DNA from: Lingula anatina
Taxonomy: Eukaryota; Animalia; Brachiopoda
Length of the DNA: 64,000 nt
Assembly (NCBI GenBank): GCA_051362555.1
Contig: CM120640.1
Coordinates: forward strand, 61,234,788 to 61,298,787
Direction: 5' to 3'
Shown: positions 33,701 to 47,375 of the stretch, piece after piece
Layout of the letters: every line of letters begins with the position of its first letter
Numbering within the stretch: position 1 is the stretch's first letter
The notes under the pieces: model-generated
Seen by the model: the letters and a program-made list of their open reading frames with translations, nothing else
The model's database searches: none
What the model was told of the DNA's origin: nothing
Translations under genes and position numbers: made by a program

Positions 33701-36700
33701 AAAGCTTAAAAGCGATATTCAAAGGGACCCTGCGTGCTAAATTTTTTCTTCTTTATTGTTAGCACAGAGATCGATTTATTTGACAACAATATATATATAT
33801 TTGGTCATACTTGTTGCTATACAAAAAAGCAAAAATTATGATCAAATTACATCACGAAATCGGAATAAAAGTTATGAATAAATTATTGACGAAGAAATGA
33901 GACAGCCTGCAAGGTGAACATAAACTGAATTGACTACCCCCGCCCTCCCCCGACTGCTAAAGGGCCCTGAAAATTTTTGGTATTTTAGATGGTGAATGGT
34001 GCCATTTGGTATGGTTTAGAACTATGATTCAACTAGTGAAAATCTTATTTCAAGAGGTGAGTTATTTTTTACAGAAATTAAAAGGGGGGCGTCAGGAGCC
34101 CCTTGACCCCCTCTAAATCCAACACTGACAAGGTATCATTCAGTAGAAATTCCAAACAATTCTAAATTTCCATGCATAAGGCATGATATTGCCCTTTCAT
34201 TTCCAAATTACTCTCCCAAGAATGCATTCTAGACCCCCTCAGCATACCTCTCTTAACTCTAGGGGTTATCGTAAATAGGGCAGGTAACTACATGGCCGGG
34301 CTGGTAACTTTTCAGAGTTACCTGCCCGGCGGTCTGGCTAGTAATTTCCTTGAATTTCATACACTGCTATTAGGCATGATGTTTCAACCCTCTGTTAAAG
34401 TTCCTTGATCACGTGACTGAGTCATTTCATACTGTCAATAAAAAAAGCATAATGTATCCAAAAGCAAACCAACTAATATAATATACTTACGGACTCCCAT
34501 CTGCTTAAGTTGCTTTTGAAACTCCACATCTTCATCTTTGGGAAGCGGTTTGGTGAATGGAAATGCCCCCAATTCTTCAGTATTGTCTCGGCCATATCCT
34601 TCACCTTTGTCAGACAAATATTATCAATTATTCTTACCAAATAATATAAACATCACTTAAGCCCCTTTTACACTGGGCTGCGACCCTTCCACATCCAAGG
34701 TGGCAAAGAAATGTTCTCTTAGCGGTTGTAAGCCTGTTGTAAATGTTGCAGTTTTTCTTGTATGTAAGACACATCCGTTATACTTTTTCTTTTGTTTCTA
34801 ATTATACAGTGCATAATTTAACATTTTCTTGTAACAACAGAATTTGAAATGTAATTTTTACTACATAAAAATAATTAAAATGAAATCTAGTTTTCAAAAA
34901 CTCAGTTGTTAGTTACACTAGCATGAATTTAGTATGCAGAAAGCAAAATAAACATTAAGCAAAACTAATCCAAGCACAGAATGTTCTACATGCAGTAATA
35001 CTGAGTATCCAATATTTTTTTTCCGATAAACAAAATATACAATTGCTGTTCTTTAAGGACAAGAGTTGTTTTTTGATTGATGACCAGCTTACCTTCATCA
35101 CTGGAGGAAGAGGAGTCTGGAGTCATTTGTTGCCTAACATTTTCTGTTGATGGTGGCGGACTAACATTATCTATAACAAAAGCCGCATGCTAGTGTGTGA
35201 ATTCACATGCTGTGACCAAGCATTATTTATTGAGGAAAGAAAATGAAAGAAATGGTGGGTTCTGCATAATCATTTTTCTCAGTCAGCCAAACATCAATCA
35301 TAATTGATAGGGATAATTAGCTTATGGGTTGTTTTTAATTCTGTGAAGTACATATATCTGTAGACCTTTTCTAACCAAACCACAGAAAATAAATTGCTGC
35401 ATAAAGATGAACTGAGTAGCAGCCAACATGCTGCAGTTTACATAAAATCAAAACAGAAACCAACATGCCCACAAACCAGCACCTTATAATATACACAAGG
35501 CAATAAAAGTTAAAAACCAATCCAATTGAAACAAAAAAATAAAAGTAATTCACTGCTTACATTTCTGTGATTTTTCAAAATATAGCAGTGACTGTAAATA
35601 GTAGCATAAAATGCAGTGATTACTGCTAACAAAAAAAAGACATCAATTTTATTATAAAATTCAATTGTATCTTGATGAGAAATAGCATTTTTAGCATATA
35701 AAGATCTTACCTCCACTGGAAGAAGTTGACTCTGGACTTAAACAACGTCTCCTGCGATTTTGTAATCTGGGGGTATTATCTGTGAAAAAAAAAATTAATT
35801 GCATTACAGGAAACTGATTTCTGACAGAAACTTACAAGTTTGATATCTTGGGGGAAAAATACACAAAAACATCAATATGCACAGAACAGCGCACTAAAAT
35901 AACTCAAAAGTTCTTGCAGGATGTATTAATGCAACAAGCAATATAATTACCCTTCCAGAAGAAAGCACATTTGTCATTATGTAACAGTCATAAACAGGCA
36001 TGACAGGTTATTGCATGAGATGAATAGATAGATAGATTTCAACATATGTTTCAAATGACTAATGTTAATAGTTGGTATATAAAGGAGCTACTATCATACC
36101 TTCTTCAGAAGAGGAAGTGGAGTCAGGAGCATTATGAAACTCAAATGCTGTTCTATTCATGCGATCTGAAAATGAATAATTCATTTTTATTATCATATGA
36201 TTCAATGAGAAGACAAAATGAAAAAAAAAAAACTTTTCTGCAAGTTATTTATCTGTAGTTTATACTGTCTTAAAACTATTTTCCAATTCACAATGCTAAG
36301 TACAAATAATTTATACAGAAATGTTATGCACAGCAAAATATATCTTATGGAATCAAATGAAAAAGAAAATAGCTCTAACAAACAATGTTTTTAGAGGTGA
36401 TGCATGCTTGTTTAACAATTTTTACTTCTAATTTGGTCCTTAATTTGTAATGCACACTGAAGCTGATTGCTATGAGTTATCAAATTCATAGGACAAAAAT
36501 CAAAGCCACACCTCTTTCTAGTGTCTTCATAAATTCTTCATTGCCCCTTAATTCTCTTAAAAATTCCTGATTCTGCATAAGAATAGCAAGTCTTTCATCC
36601 TCCAAGTACTGAGCCATCTCAGGGTCTAGTTCCCTGTTGGTGCTTGCTCTCCGCCGCTCATTTTCTGCCATACGCTTCTGTAGCATCTGTGAGTGACTGC

Positions 36701-39700
36701 TAAATTCTGATCCTTGCAAAGGCTACAAATTACAGATAAAATTGCTTTTTGTTATTGGCAAAACAGTTTATGTGGATCAAGAATTTTCAAAATAAATAAA
36801 AGACCAAAATCAGATATTAGTCTAAACTGGCATCTTTATGCTTTAAAACATTTCCTAAAAGGGGTTGTATCTATGATTTTGGCACAAAAAATTTACAAGA
36901 ACAATTTCTTTCAAGATCCTCACTATTGCCTGACAATTACTGAAATTTACAAACTAACTAATATGCAATAAAAAAAAAATTAATACCAATTTTCTCTTTA
37001 TTTCAAATCAACAGTTACTTGTGCATGTGTATCTGCACCCTCCCACCCATGAAAAGCCACATTTGAGCAGGGGAAGTAATTTCTTAACTTAAACGCAATC
37101 TCACCTGTCCATTCTGTGACCCATTCACAGGTCTAGGTTGAGTGGATTCTCGTATACTCAAACTTTTGTGAACAAGCCTAGAATCCAACTTTTTGGGTTT
37201 TGATTTCCTCTCAAATTCATTCATACTTTGTGACCTAAAATGCTGTCTCCCTCTTGGGGGAACTTTTTGATCAAGCAGAGGTTGACGCCAATTCTGAGTA
37301 CCCTCAGGCTGGTCTGCCCATTGCGTACGTTGCTGATGATGATGTTGTTGATGTTGCGTGTGAAGTTGCCCCCATCCTGGAGGATGTAACTGTCCCCTGC
37401 TGGGAAGGTGTGTCTGGGGAGTATACTGGGGGGAATACCAGTCTGTTCTCAGAAACTGCTGCTGCTGCAATTGTAAAGACTGCTTTGCTCGTATCTGTTC
37501 ATCTGTGGGTACTATCCTCAGAAACTCATCAGGAAGCTTTCCTAACAAGGGTGGATTCCACCGTCTGTAATTGTTCCTCTTTACTCGAGGCGTGTACTCC
37601 GATACCCCCATTTTGGGCATGCTAGGATGTGTTGAGTTAACTGGTGTTGTTGGGTGACTGCTGTAAGGTGGCACCTGAGGACTGTAAGGGGGTGCTGCCT
37701 GTGAACTATAAGGAGAACCAGAAGGTGTGCTTGCAACACCTTTACCTGGTTTCGGCTGTGTGTTAGGTGAAGTCAGCAGAGCAAGCCAGTCCTCCTCAGG
37801 TAGGGACTGCTTGGGAACAGTCTCTGATCTCAAAGAAATGTTATCTGGAGCTGTTTGCATGGCCTCTGCATAGCTAGGAGGTGCATCTTCACTTACCCTT
37901 TCTTGAGGCTGAAATAAAGATACAATTACATAGATGGATTTCTTTGTCTTGAATATATTCAATGTTCTGGAGCATAAAAAAAAATTTGGAACTTTCGAAA
38001 GCAAAATACTGTGGTTGCAGATGAGAATATTGCTGTTAACTGTTTTCATCAACAAAAGATAATGTCAATCAAATATCATGCTTAAAAATCATATTTTCCA
38101 ATTAATAAAGAAAAAGATCAAAATTCACATCATGGCAATATTTTACATCAAATTCTTTAAGAATAGTTATGAGTCAAGTAGCCAACAACAGTGTTACTTA
38201 AGAAATTGTGTAAGACTATCAGTACTAAACAACTGCATCCATTTCCTTTGCAACAGATGCAGAAAACTTAAGGCTACTGTGTAGAGAAAATATATTAAAT
38301 TAAAAAAAAAAAAAAAAGAAACTTGTCTCATCTAATCCAATACAAGTAAATCTAGGAGTTTCTTGCTGCTGATGAATGAGATAAGTCAACTCCTCTGGGC
38401 TGATAACTTGGGGTCTGTATCCTCAGTGGGTCAGAAAATCATAAAAAAGAATCTGGGAGATTTTATTATAAAATGCAGAATTTGAAATAAGAGAGGCAGG
38501 CGGAAATTGTATCAAGGGGTATGTTCTTATCACTGGTAGACTGTTGGAACAAGTGTTTTCCCCTTTTTATGCCTTTGATGCATTCTTCAGTCAAGACCAA
38601 TATCTTATGTGACCTTTTCACTTTTTCTTTTTTTCTCTAAACCTTACAAAAATAAAATAAAAAAATAAAAAAATAACTTCTATACTTGTGAAGAGGAGCG
38701 GGTTTCAGATAAGTCTTACACTGAATAATTTTTAATAACAGATAAAGAGAGAGCATAATCAATTTGCACCTTCAACATCAGCAAGTAAACCAAGTACTGA
38801 ATAAACACTTTGAATGATACCAGAGGGCTGTGTATATAGTAAATTTGAGCCAATAAAGCATCAATCTACTATTTATACATGAAATGTCTTTTACATAATG
38901 CATTGACACAAGTTCAAAATCAATATACATCAATAAGTTAAGCTACTACAGAAGTTCATCCAGACTTTAAGAAAGGCCTCAGACCGTCTAAAAAATTTTG
39001 TACTGGTCCGATAAAAAAATCCTGTATTGCCAGTCCTTATGTCCAGGGAGTTTTTAAGCTGATTCAAAATACACAAATCTAAGGAATACGTTTTTGTTTC
39101 TTTCCTTGGAGACATATTTTACTTCATTCAAAAAGAGAGACGGGATAAAAATCCCAGGGAGTTCCCTACTAATTAAACATGACTTATTGACCTCATTTTC
39201 ACTCTACAAATACAATTGTGAGTGGCTGAAGTTGAGGGATTCCTGTATGAAGTAATATAAAATTTTTTGTTTTCGTTCTCATGATATCCTTACATGACAA
39301 AATGGCCCCAACACATGTGCCCTTGCGTTTTACATTTTTTTAACTGACTTGATGCCATGTTTCTTCATTATCAGTTGAGTGCAGAACTCATGGCTAAGTC
39401 TTTTGTTTAGAAAAATGACGTTGTTGAACTTGAAATACTTTGTTGGTGCACAGCGTGGCAAAAATATGACAACAAAGTGAGGAAAAAAAAAACGAATTGA
39501 TCAGTTTAGTAAAACTGGAAAGAAGGTAGGCCCTGCTTAATATACTTATAATCCAGAAGAGAGGAAAGAGTTGTACATTGAGTGTCAGAAATACTACAGT
39601 AATCACTATGATCATCAACAACATAAATCTTACTGCTTTATTATGAGTTCTGAAAAATTCCGGACGTCTGATTCTGCAGGTACTGTCTATGACCACGAGT

Positions 39701-42659
39701 TGGCGAAAAATGCACATGAACTTGATGAAGGCTCACAGTTTGTATAATTTTGCTCCAGTCTGACAGATTTTGTTTTGGTCTGACTGAATTTTCAAGCTTG
39801 TCAGACCGAATATCTGACAGATTTTTTGTTTTTTCGTAAAGTCTATTCATCTAATGCAATTTACATTCCAAGGAAGTGGAAGAAAAGCATTACTAACCAA
39901 GCAAGTGCCTAATCTTCCTGTACAATATGATTTCTGCATTTAGTTTTGTAAAGTCACATTAATTTACTTAAATAGTGACTGAATAATTTCAGATTTTCTA
40001 AAACAATTTGTTTGATTCACAAAATGTAGACAAATAATGTTAGTATTTATAACTATATCATAACAATTATATTCTAGATATTGCTATCTCTTAACTGCGA
40101 ATGCTTCTCTGAGATCACCAAAATTAGATAGAAAAGAAGCACAAAATAAACTTAAGTACATAATGGTGAAATTTTTTTTTACAAACAGTACATAATGGTG
40201 AAATTTTTTTTTACAAACAGCTGTTCACTCAACTCTCTTGAAATGCATATCACTGTTTCCTATTTACTTAATATATTCATTTCTATCTGAAAAGTTAACT
40301 TCAGGCCAAATCATCTAGAAATTGCATAAATATGGTACTGGGTAGAAACCATGTTGAAACATGTTAAGAGATTCAATGTTGGACAATTTCCCTGGAAAGT
40401 GTATGGCCAAGATAAAATGAAGTTAACCTAAGTTTCCTACTACATAACCTGCAAATAAAAGCAAACTTGAGCAAGAACATTTCTATAGCAGAAATTGCAT
40501 AGTCTCGCCCTTCAAGAAATCGACAAAAACCGGAAATATGTTTTTTTTTCGCTGTTTTTCCCCGCCGTCATGCCCATTGTAAACACTTTGTCGATAAAAA
40601 TGAAGCGTCTGATACAAAGTATCAAATGCAATATTTATAGGCTTGTTAAGGATGCGTTCAGTAAGCTCTGTTGACACTGACAAGTCAAGGTCAGAAATGC
40701 ACGGTTTTAGCTGTCTTAATACACAGCTTAAATTTGGATTATTGAATTTTCGTTTATCTGCATGGTCATTTTCTAAATATTTGTAAAAGCTACGAAATAT
40801 TTATCATTCGGAAATCATCCAGCAGCTTTCCAACTACAATGGAATCATGTCACAACTACTTTTGTTTTTTGTCAAGATCTTGAGGACATTAGTGTTACAG
40901 TTTGCTGCACATTTAAAGCATTTTATCTCAAAATATAGGCAACCGTTTGGACTGAAATTTACAACACTTATTCCTAACATATCCCACCTATCTATGTACA
41001 AAAATTTGAGAGCTTTGGCTGTCATACTTTATCTACAATGCCCATTCAAATTTGAAAATGAGCCATTTTCCGTCACTTTCTTGAAGGGCGAGTCTACATA
41101 TATCAGGGTTATGCCTCCTAAAGGATTACTAGTACAAACACTGGGCTTCCTAGATTTTGACAAGTAATCGTTGGAATTACTGAGTATATACTAGCATTAG
41201 TAAACAAAAATATTTTTAGCATGACATTCAGCTTGAAGAAGTGCCCTTCCCCTCACTGCCTGATTATAGTAGATGTGGATCTGGAAATGGATCATAGTAT
41301 GTAGGACAGATGGCAACTTGGCAAGCTAGTTAAGTATGTTAAGACGCCTGGAGTTAAAATAATCACTCACTGTCATGTATGATATTTCAAACTCACCTAA
41401 TATCAAAAGCACTGGACTGAAGCCTTTCAAAAAGACTTTCTTATAGTAATAATCAAGCTAAAAGGTTGTTGAAAGGGAAGAGGAAAGAGTGCAGATTAAT
41501 CCAATGGACAATCCCAGATTTAGCAGTTGAAAAAAAACTTTTTTGTAACAGAAGGGCAATCATCCACAGAACTTGCTGCACTTTGCTTACTAGTAGTTTC
41601 CAATGTCTGAGTAACCTCTTTATATAAAATCTTTTGTATGTCAGTGGAGGCATAAGTTTGTGAGTCATCATCAGAAAATTGTCTTACTGTGATAGGCATC
41701 TATCTCTACTACTAGAGATGTTTGTATATCTACCATGTATCACAATTTATATTACGCTTAGATTACAATGATACATTTTGCTTTATAGTTTTGTAACTGG
41801 AATTGATACAATAATCAAAGAAACACATCAAAATCTCATTACTGGTTTAACAACCAAAAAAGTATAAACAGTAATTTCATCTGGCCAACCTAACTACATC
41901 CTCTTACTACATCCCATTTATAAATCCAGCATCTGTGATGTATGACCAAATATTGAAGTTGTTACTTCTAAGCCATCAAAATATTGTGTATGGGTAACTC
42001 CCATGCCCATTCCTTGAAGACCACTCTTAGGAGATAAAATAAGTGATTGGACTTGGGTCTTTATTTTTGACTGGTGAAGTAAGCATCATTTATTGACCAT
42101 CTTTTTAGATGTACATTAAAAACATGTAGACTAGCTGTGAAAGGACTCACTCAAGTTTATAGGATTCGCCTACTGATTTTGTCACTCTCCCTGTCAATAT
42201 ACAATGTAATTTTTTTCCTTGGAGTATTTCAAAGGTCCACTTCAACAGACAATTATTGTTTTATATATCACTTGACATTCAAAACCTACATAAATCAATT
42301 AATGATTTTACCATGAAAATACAGACCTGTACTGAATCATGTTCCTCCTTCAGTAAATGAAGAGGCACACTGTCATCTTCATTGTCAATGTTCATTGTCA
42401 GTAACTGATCAATGGTTTCATCTACAGCTCCATTATTGGCACGTAACACTGCTTCAATCACCTCCTCTTCCATGGTTGGGAACATGTGCTTAAAGTCCTG
42501 CATGGCCTGGTTAAAATCCAACTGTCGCGTGTCAGGTGGTTGAGATGTCATTGTTGTCATTGTTGTTTGCTGCGATTTTTGATACTGAGGCTGATTACTT
42601 ATTATATTACTTGTATGTTTGGATGTCATCCATTGGTTGGCCTGTGCTGCTGATGCCAT
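30786..42659 (-). CDS. CUEDC1: CUE domain-containing protein 1
   Basis: Exon 42659-42327 encodes the CUE domain LDFNQAMQDFKHMFPTMEEEVIEAVLRANNGAVDETIDQLL. Exon 37908-37105 has WNPPLLGKLPDEFLRI. Exon 36722-36512 has YLEDERLAILMQNQEFLREL. Further small exons lie near 36130, 35745, 35130, 34550, 31530 and 31255, and at 30875-30786. The last exon and the start ATG are inferred. Confidence 0.88.
31320..31491 (-). other. U12-type (minor spliceosome) GT-AG intron of CUEDC1
   Basis: 5' site GTATCCTTT. Branch site TCCTTGAT ~11 nt before the CAG, with no polypyrimidine tract. Splicing keeps the frame (AT|A). Confidence 0.85.
32034..32503 (-). mobile_element. 5'-truncated L1/Tx1-like LINE insertion with poly(A) and TSD
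   Basis: 17-19-bp TSD ATTGGGAGACTGAAAAC(TT) at 32017 and 32504, with poly(T) on the + strand. The minus frame reads LLILIIKKYISLCR..P...KRKWENI..*, like the Tx1/L1 ORF2 C-terminus. Confidence 0.82.
32684..34366. mobile_element. Non-autonomous TIR DNA transposon (P- or hAT-like)
   Basis: 13-bp TIR CAGTGTATGAAAT / ATTTCATACACTG with a 7-bp direct repeat CTATTAG on both flanks. GC-rich subterminal motifs (GCTGGTAACTTT, CCTGCCCG) at both ends. No transposase ORF. Confidence 0.82.
40500..41096. mobile_element. ~600-bp non-autonomous TIR element
   Basis: Inverted 20-mers TAGTCTCGCCCTTCAAGAAA / TTTCTTGAAGGGCGAGTCTA with 1 mismatch. TSD unclear. Confidence 0.6.
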
Positions 42660-43295
42660 GCTTTGTATATGGCTGTCAGGACAGGCATGTTGCGAAATGC
42701 AACATCCTCTCACTCACTAATATATAAAGATTATGCATTTTCAGCGAGTATGAATCATCATAGCTTATGTCCAGAAGCATGGGAGAGTGGGTGGAGAAAT
42801 TCTAGTATCTGAAATTGTCATAAAATAAATATCCTCAATTCAATTTACAAGGCGTAATATTTGATTAACTTTTAAATTCAACCACACTCCAAATAGGGAG
42901 GGTACTTTTCATATGTGCAACTTGGTTTGCATTTTCCCCCACCATCATTAAATATTGATGACACCAAAAGCATTTGTCGATAAAAAGTAGGTTTTCCACA
43001 ATTGACACATATTCTATTTGATACGCAAATAAATTTTAGTGTTCTATAATTCACAAAAATGAATATATATTTAATTTATTCATAATTGATAACTACATTT
43101 AAGCGAAAAGAAAGATTTAGACTTGGATTTCGGAAGGGTCTCGGAAGTTGTTTATGCGCGGCATCTATATCCAAAATTGGACAGGGATGGTGCGCCTTTT
43201 TGAGTAGTGAGATGCATTTAAGAGGGGAAATAAGCATAGAGACACAAATTAAGTTATAGGTCCATTCATTCCATATGAAAACCAATACAACTTAC

Positions 43296-43588
43296 CCTAA
43301 AAAATGTAAACAATGTAATAAGTTTCTCTCTCTCAACTTCGTGCCTGACCTTTAGATACAGAAAGTGTTGTCCCAATTTTACAATCTCGTTAATTCTCGT
43401 ACTAAATTTAGTAACTATTTTACATCTTACACCGTGTTCGAGCAATAGATTTTCTTACTGGGATAATCTGTTTATCATAAATATGAAATCAATGTTAAAT
43501 TTATCAGCCAAGAGTTACATCTCAAGATACTTCTAAAAATATACCAATTACTGTTACTGTCACATGACCACAACGAGAGCTGGACAAA
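43296..43588. promoter_or_regulatory. Probable bidirectional promoter / 5' UTR region of CUEDC1 and MRPS23
   Basis: The genes are divergent. A minus-strand donor GTAAGT at ~43295 suggests a non-coding CUEDC1 exon within 300 bp of the MRPS23 ATG. Confidence 0.5.
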
Positions 43589-46137
43589 ATGGCAGGCAGT
43601 AGGATCGAGAAAGTCGGCAATGTATATACAAGGTAATGATTGTCTCTGCGAGCCTAAAGATACATTTGCCTGCACTTCACTCATAACTCTTTACTCTAAA
43701 TTTTGAAGTTATTGTTTAGATTAAACTGCCACTGTAGTTAAACAATGGGACATAAAAAAACCACGTGTTACGTGCTGCAGTCTACATGCACGTTATATAC
43801 CGCTAACACAGTACCTGTACATATCAGAACCGTCGGTAGGAGTGCAAACGCATGAATTTTCTTGCTAATTTACCGCATATGATATGATGTACTAAACAAA
43901 ATTAAATAGTTTGATCACAGTTAGACTTTGAAAGACTGTACTAATTTCTCATGTAGTTATACCGTAGTCACTAGTTCTGGGACCTGTTTAGAAGCGGTCG
44001 TTTATAAGTATAAAGATTTGTATAGCGTCAGTAATTATCTATTTATGTTTTAATTGTTATTTTATTAATTTCCAATGTTTAGCGATAGACTGAAATGCGC
44101 AATACACTGCAATACAGCGCAATACACTTGATAACACAAGTCCAGTTGCAAGTAAACACAGGAAAGGGTGATCTCAAATAAAATAGGGTGATATAAAAGC
44201 AAAATATAGTAATTATCAATTAATATTGCTGATACAACTTGACAATTTTTTCATTGTTTGGTCAGCTGCCATGTTGGCGAGTAGCTCTTCTTGGCCAGTA
44301 ATATATCCAAGAAGAGCCACTCGCCAACATGGCTGCCAACCAGACAATAAAAAGTCTTGCTGATTTGTTAAGTTATATCAACGATATTACTTACCTTGTA
44401 ATATAGGTTGTTTTTATATCACCCTATTTTGCTGGGAATGGCCATTTCTTTAGTGTAATTGCAACTGGATTTGATTTTTGAAGTGTATTGCACTGTGTTG
44501 CGCTGTATTGCGCATTTCAGTCACACCGTGTCGTGGATTGCCATGCCTCTTGATTTTGTGCCATTCTTATGTTTTCGCTCAATTTTTGATTGGTCCATAC
44601 TTTTGTGTTGTGTATCCATGTTGCTCTGGGTCTTCCTTTCCCTCGTTCCAGTAAACAACTGCTGCATATTATCTTTTCATGATATGACCAAAATAAGTTA
44701 ATTTTCTTTTCTTGGTGATATTCAGTAATGATCAATAATGAAAAAAAGTTCTCTGCCCACTGGAGCTCACAGTGGCCAGTATTCTGTACTTTGAACTGCA
44801 TGCCAACATAATTCCTTCTCAATACTCATTCCTCACAACTCATTTGTTTAAAAATGTTAAAGTTAAATTTATGGTAAAAAACTAAGAATTCTCTTAAGCA
44901 GTTTAACTAAGGCCAATATTTAAAACAATGCACACAGCACACGCGGTTGCCTTGTTACAGTGGGAAGTAAGTGAAATATTTTGAAAAAGTACAGGGCAAT
45001 CCCATAAATATCAAAATATTCATGGTTAATCAATGTATCTATGTCTTCATTTTAGAATGAGAGGAATGTTACTGTCTAAAACATTTAAGGTTAAAGATGA
45101 ACCACCTTGGTTTGCTGTTTGGGAACATTTTCCTCCTGCAAGGGATCCAAAATGGAGCAAGCGAACAGGGGATAGAAAATATGTGCCAAGAATATTTTAT
45201 AAAGAAGATGTTATACGAGCGTAAGCATAATGATACTTAATTTGAGCTGGCATCTTTCCAAAATTTTACAGTAAAAGAGATTATCATTAACAGTAAAGTA
45301 GTTAATTTGTCTAGATTTTGCAGATTTAATTCATTAAGAAGAACTACATTTGTTATAGTCATCTTCTGCCTGGATGCTGCATAAATCTACTAAGAATATT
45401 TTATTTCAGGCAATTTTACAACACATTTAAGCAAGATGAGCCATTAGATTTAACAGAAGATGGGAATCTATTGCCATGCGATGTGTAAGTTGCAAATATA
45501 AATTTGTTTGCATCCTTCTTTTAGCATTATGTTTTGCTGTTTGCATCCTTCTTTGGACATTACATTTTGTGACTGTTTGTTAAATGTTGAATGGCTTTCA
45601 TCTTGATAATTTTTATAAGGACACGACATTTTTCCAGTTTTCAGTTTTGATTCCAGTTATTGGAAGGAAAAAAGCAACATCAGTACCATAATTTTTATTT
45701 ACTTGTGTTTCTTACAGATTTGTGAAAAAGTTTCATGAAGTCCTTGAGTCAGGTGTAACACCTAAAGAGGTATTTGCTGCCACAGAAGAAGCACTGAAAT
45801 CAGAAGGAATGGTTCTGAATAGAAAATCTGTTGAAATTAAAAAGGGCCCTATAGAGGAGGCATTGGTTAGTAATATACTTTTTTTTTTAATCACCCACAC
45901 ACAGGATGATAACTCTTCATTTTGGTTGAAAAAGTGCCATAAAATAGTTTTTTTTTTTTCTGGGATAAATGACAAGTGTTCCTTAGTTTTAAGTGGATAA
46001 TGAATGCGTTCTGACATTCAAAATTGGTCATTTTTTTAGTGTTTTTTGTAATAATCTCTTAAGAAATAAATATATACTTAATAAAAATCTGTTTGTTTCA
46101 GACTAGGATACCCGGTAAAACATTGGGAAGGAGTTAG
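43589..46137 (+). CDS. MRPS23: Mitochondrial ribosomal protein S23 (mS23)
   Basis: Exons 43589-43632, 45056-45220, 45410-45484, 45718-45865, 46102-46137. They give MAGSRIEKVGNVYTR...PPWFAVWEHFPP...IFYKEDVIRAQFY...FVKKF, matching the MAGSRLE..G / P.W..V...FPP / I.Y.ED.IRA.FY signature. Confidence 0.92.
44088..44522. mobile_element. Palindromic MITE-like element in MRPS23 intron 1
   Basis: GACTGAAATGCGCAATAC...GTATTGCGCATTTCAGTC, with an internal stem GCCATGTTGGCGAGT..CTCTTCTTGG / CCAAGAAGAG..ACTCGCCAACATGGC. Confidence 0.72.
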
Positions 46138-47375
46138 ATCTGAAGCTGATAAAACAAGTCACAACGAATAATTGACACTCTGCTGTCATCATGTCTCTAA
46201 GATGTGAAGAAAATCACGTTTGAACATGTGGCATATAGGCTCTTTGAAAATGTACTAGAGAGGCCAACCCGTAAGTGATGCATGTGAAGTCGACTGAGCA
46301 CTTCATTTCATTTTTGAAAATGTGTGGAACCTGGACCAACAGTTATAGTGATGAACCTGTTGTGATCCAATCAAATTCTAATGTGACTATGAGTGGAATA
46401 GGTTTGGGACTGGCTATCATCACAGCTTCAAGGGCCAGTCATCCCTGTCAACAGAAAATGGGATAGCAAAATGGCATGGTGAGGCTTGGAAGAACCATGT
46501 GCATTGGATCTATGCCAGTTTGTTATAAGTACCATAGCAGTGCGAAGATTATGTGTTAAATTGGTTACAGCTTAAAAGAAACAATATTGCTAATGAATTT
46601 ATGACAGATATGATATGTTTTAGATTGCTATTTCTGGTGGTGGTTCAACAACAGTACACTGCCATTGCAAAAAAATAATTTAATAGTTGTGTTTTTTCAG
46701 TTTTCATGAATACACAGGTCTGTTTCTTAAGTTGTGCCAACATTTTTCATAGTAATTAAAATGCTTCTTGTGACATAAAGTATTTTAATGTTATTTTAAA
46801 AATCAGTGTTATTCTTTTCTTTTAATTTATTTATCACTGACATAAAAGTATAAATAACTTTAAATTTAACTTTATAGAATGTTTAATACTTGCTCTAGTA
46901 AATCACCAATTCTAAATGACTGGAAAAAATGTAGTTTAGAAATAGTTCAAAATTACTAAAGTAGGAACCTTAAAACTGGTGCCAACATTGAGGACATGAA
47001 ATTGGCATGTTTTCAGTAAAGAGATGGTGGATAAAAAGATTAAAAGCCACAAATCAAAGATATATATCTCATGCTGATTGTTGGATGAAAATATGCATTG
47101 GTACTGATATAAACTTTGGTAAGGCAACAGTCTCTCGGCTCTTGTGATGTAATTCCAGTGAAAAGTACACTTTGTTATTACACTTAAAAATCCTGTCTTC
47201 AGCTGACCAATTAGTGTTAACTGATTCACACATGGCCATCCTACAATTTCACTTCTTGAATGTTAAAACATTCCTTAAATTAATGTTAACATTTCTTAAA
47301 TTATTTGACCTCATTGTGTATTATGGTAGAAACACTCTCACTGATGCCTCTGGTATTTGGCATTTCCCACCATGG

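Noticed and set aside
37084-38055. 323-aa ORF as a standalone gene
   Set aside because: It is a large internal CUEDC1 exon (37908-37105) extended into intron sequence.
38960-39850. Possible degraded hAT-like element with repeated GTC(T/C)GA motifs
   Set aside because: I could not identify paired termini or a TSD.
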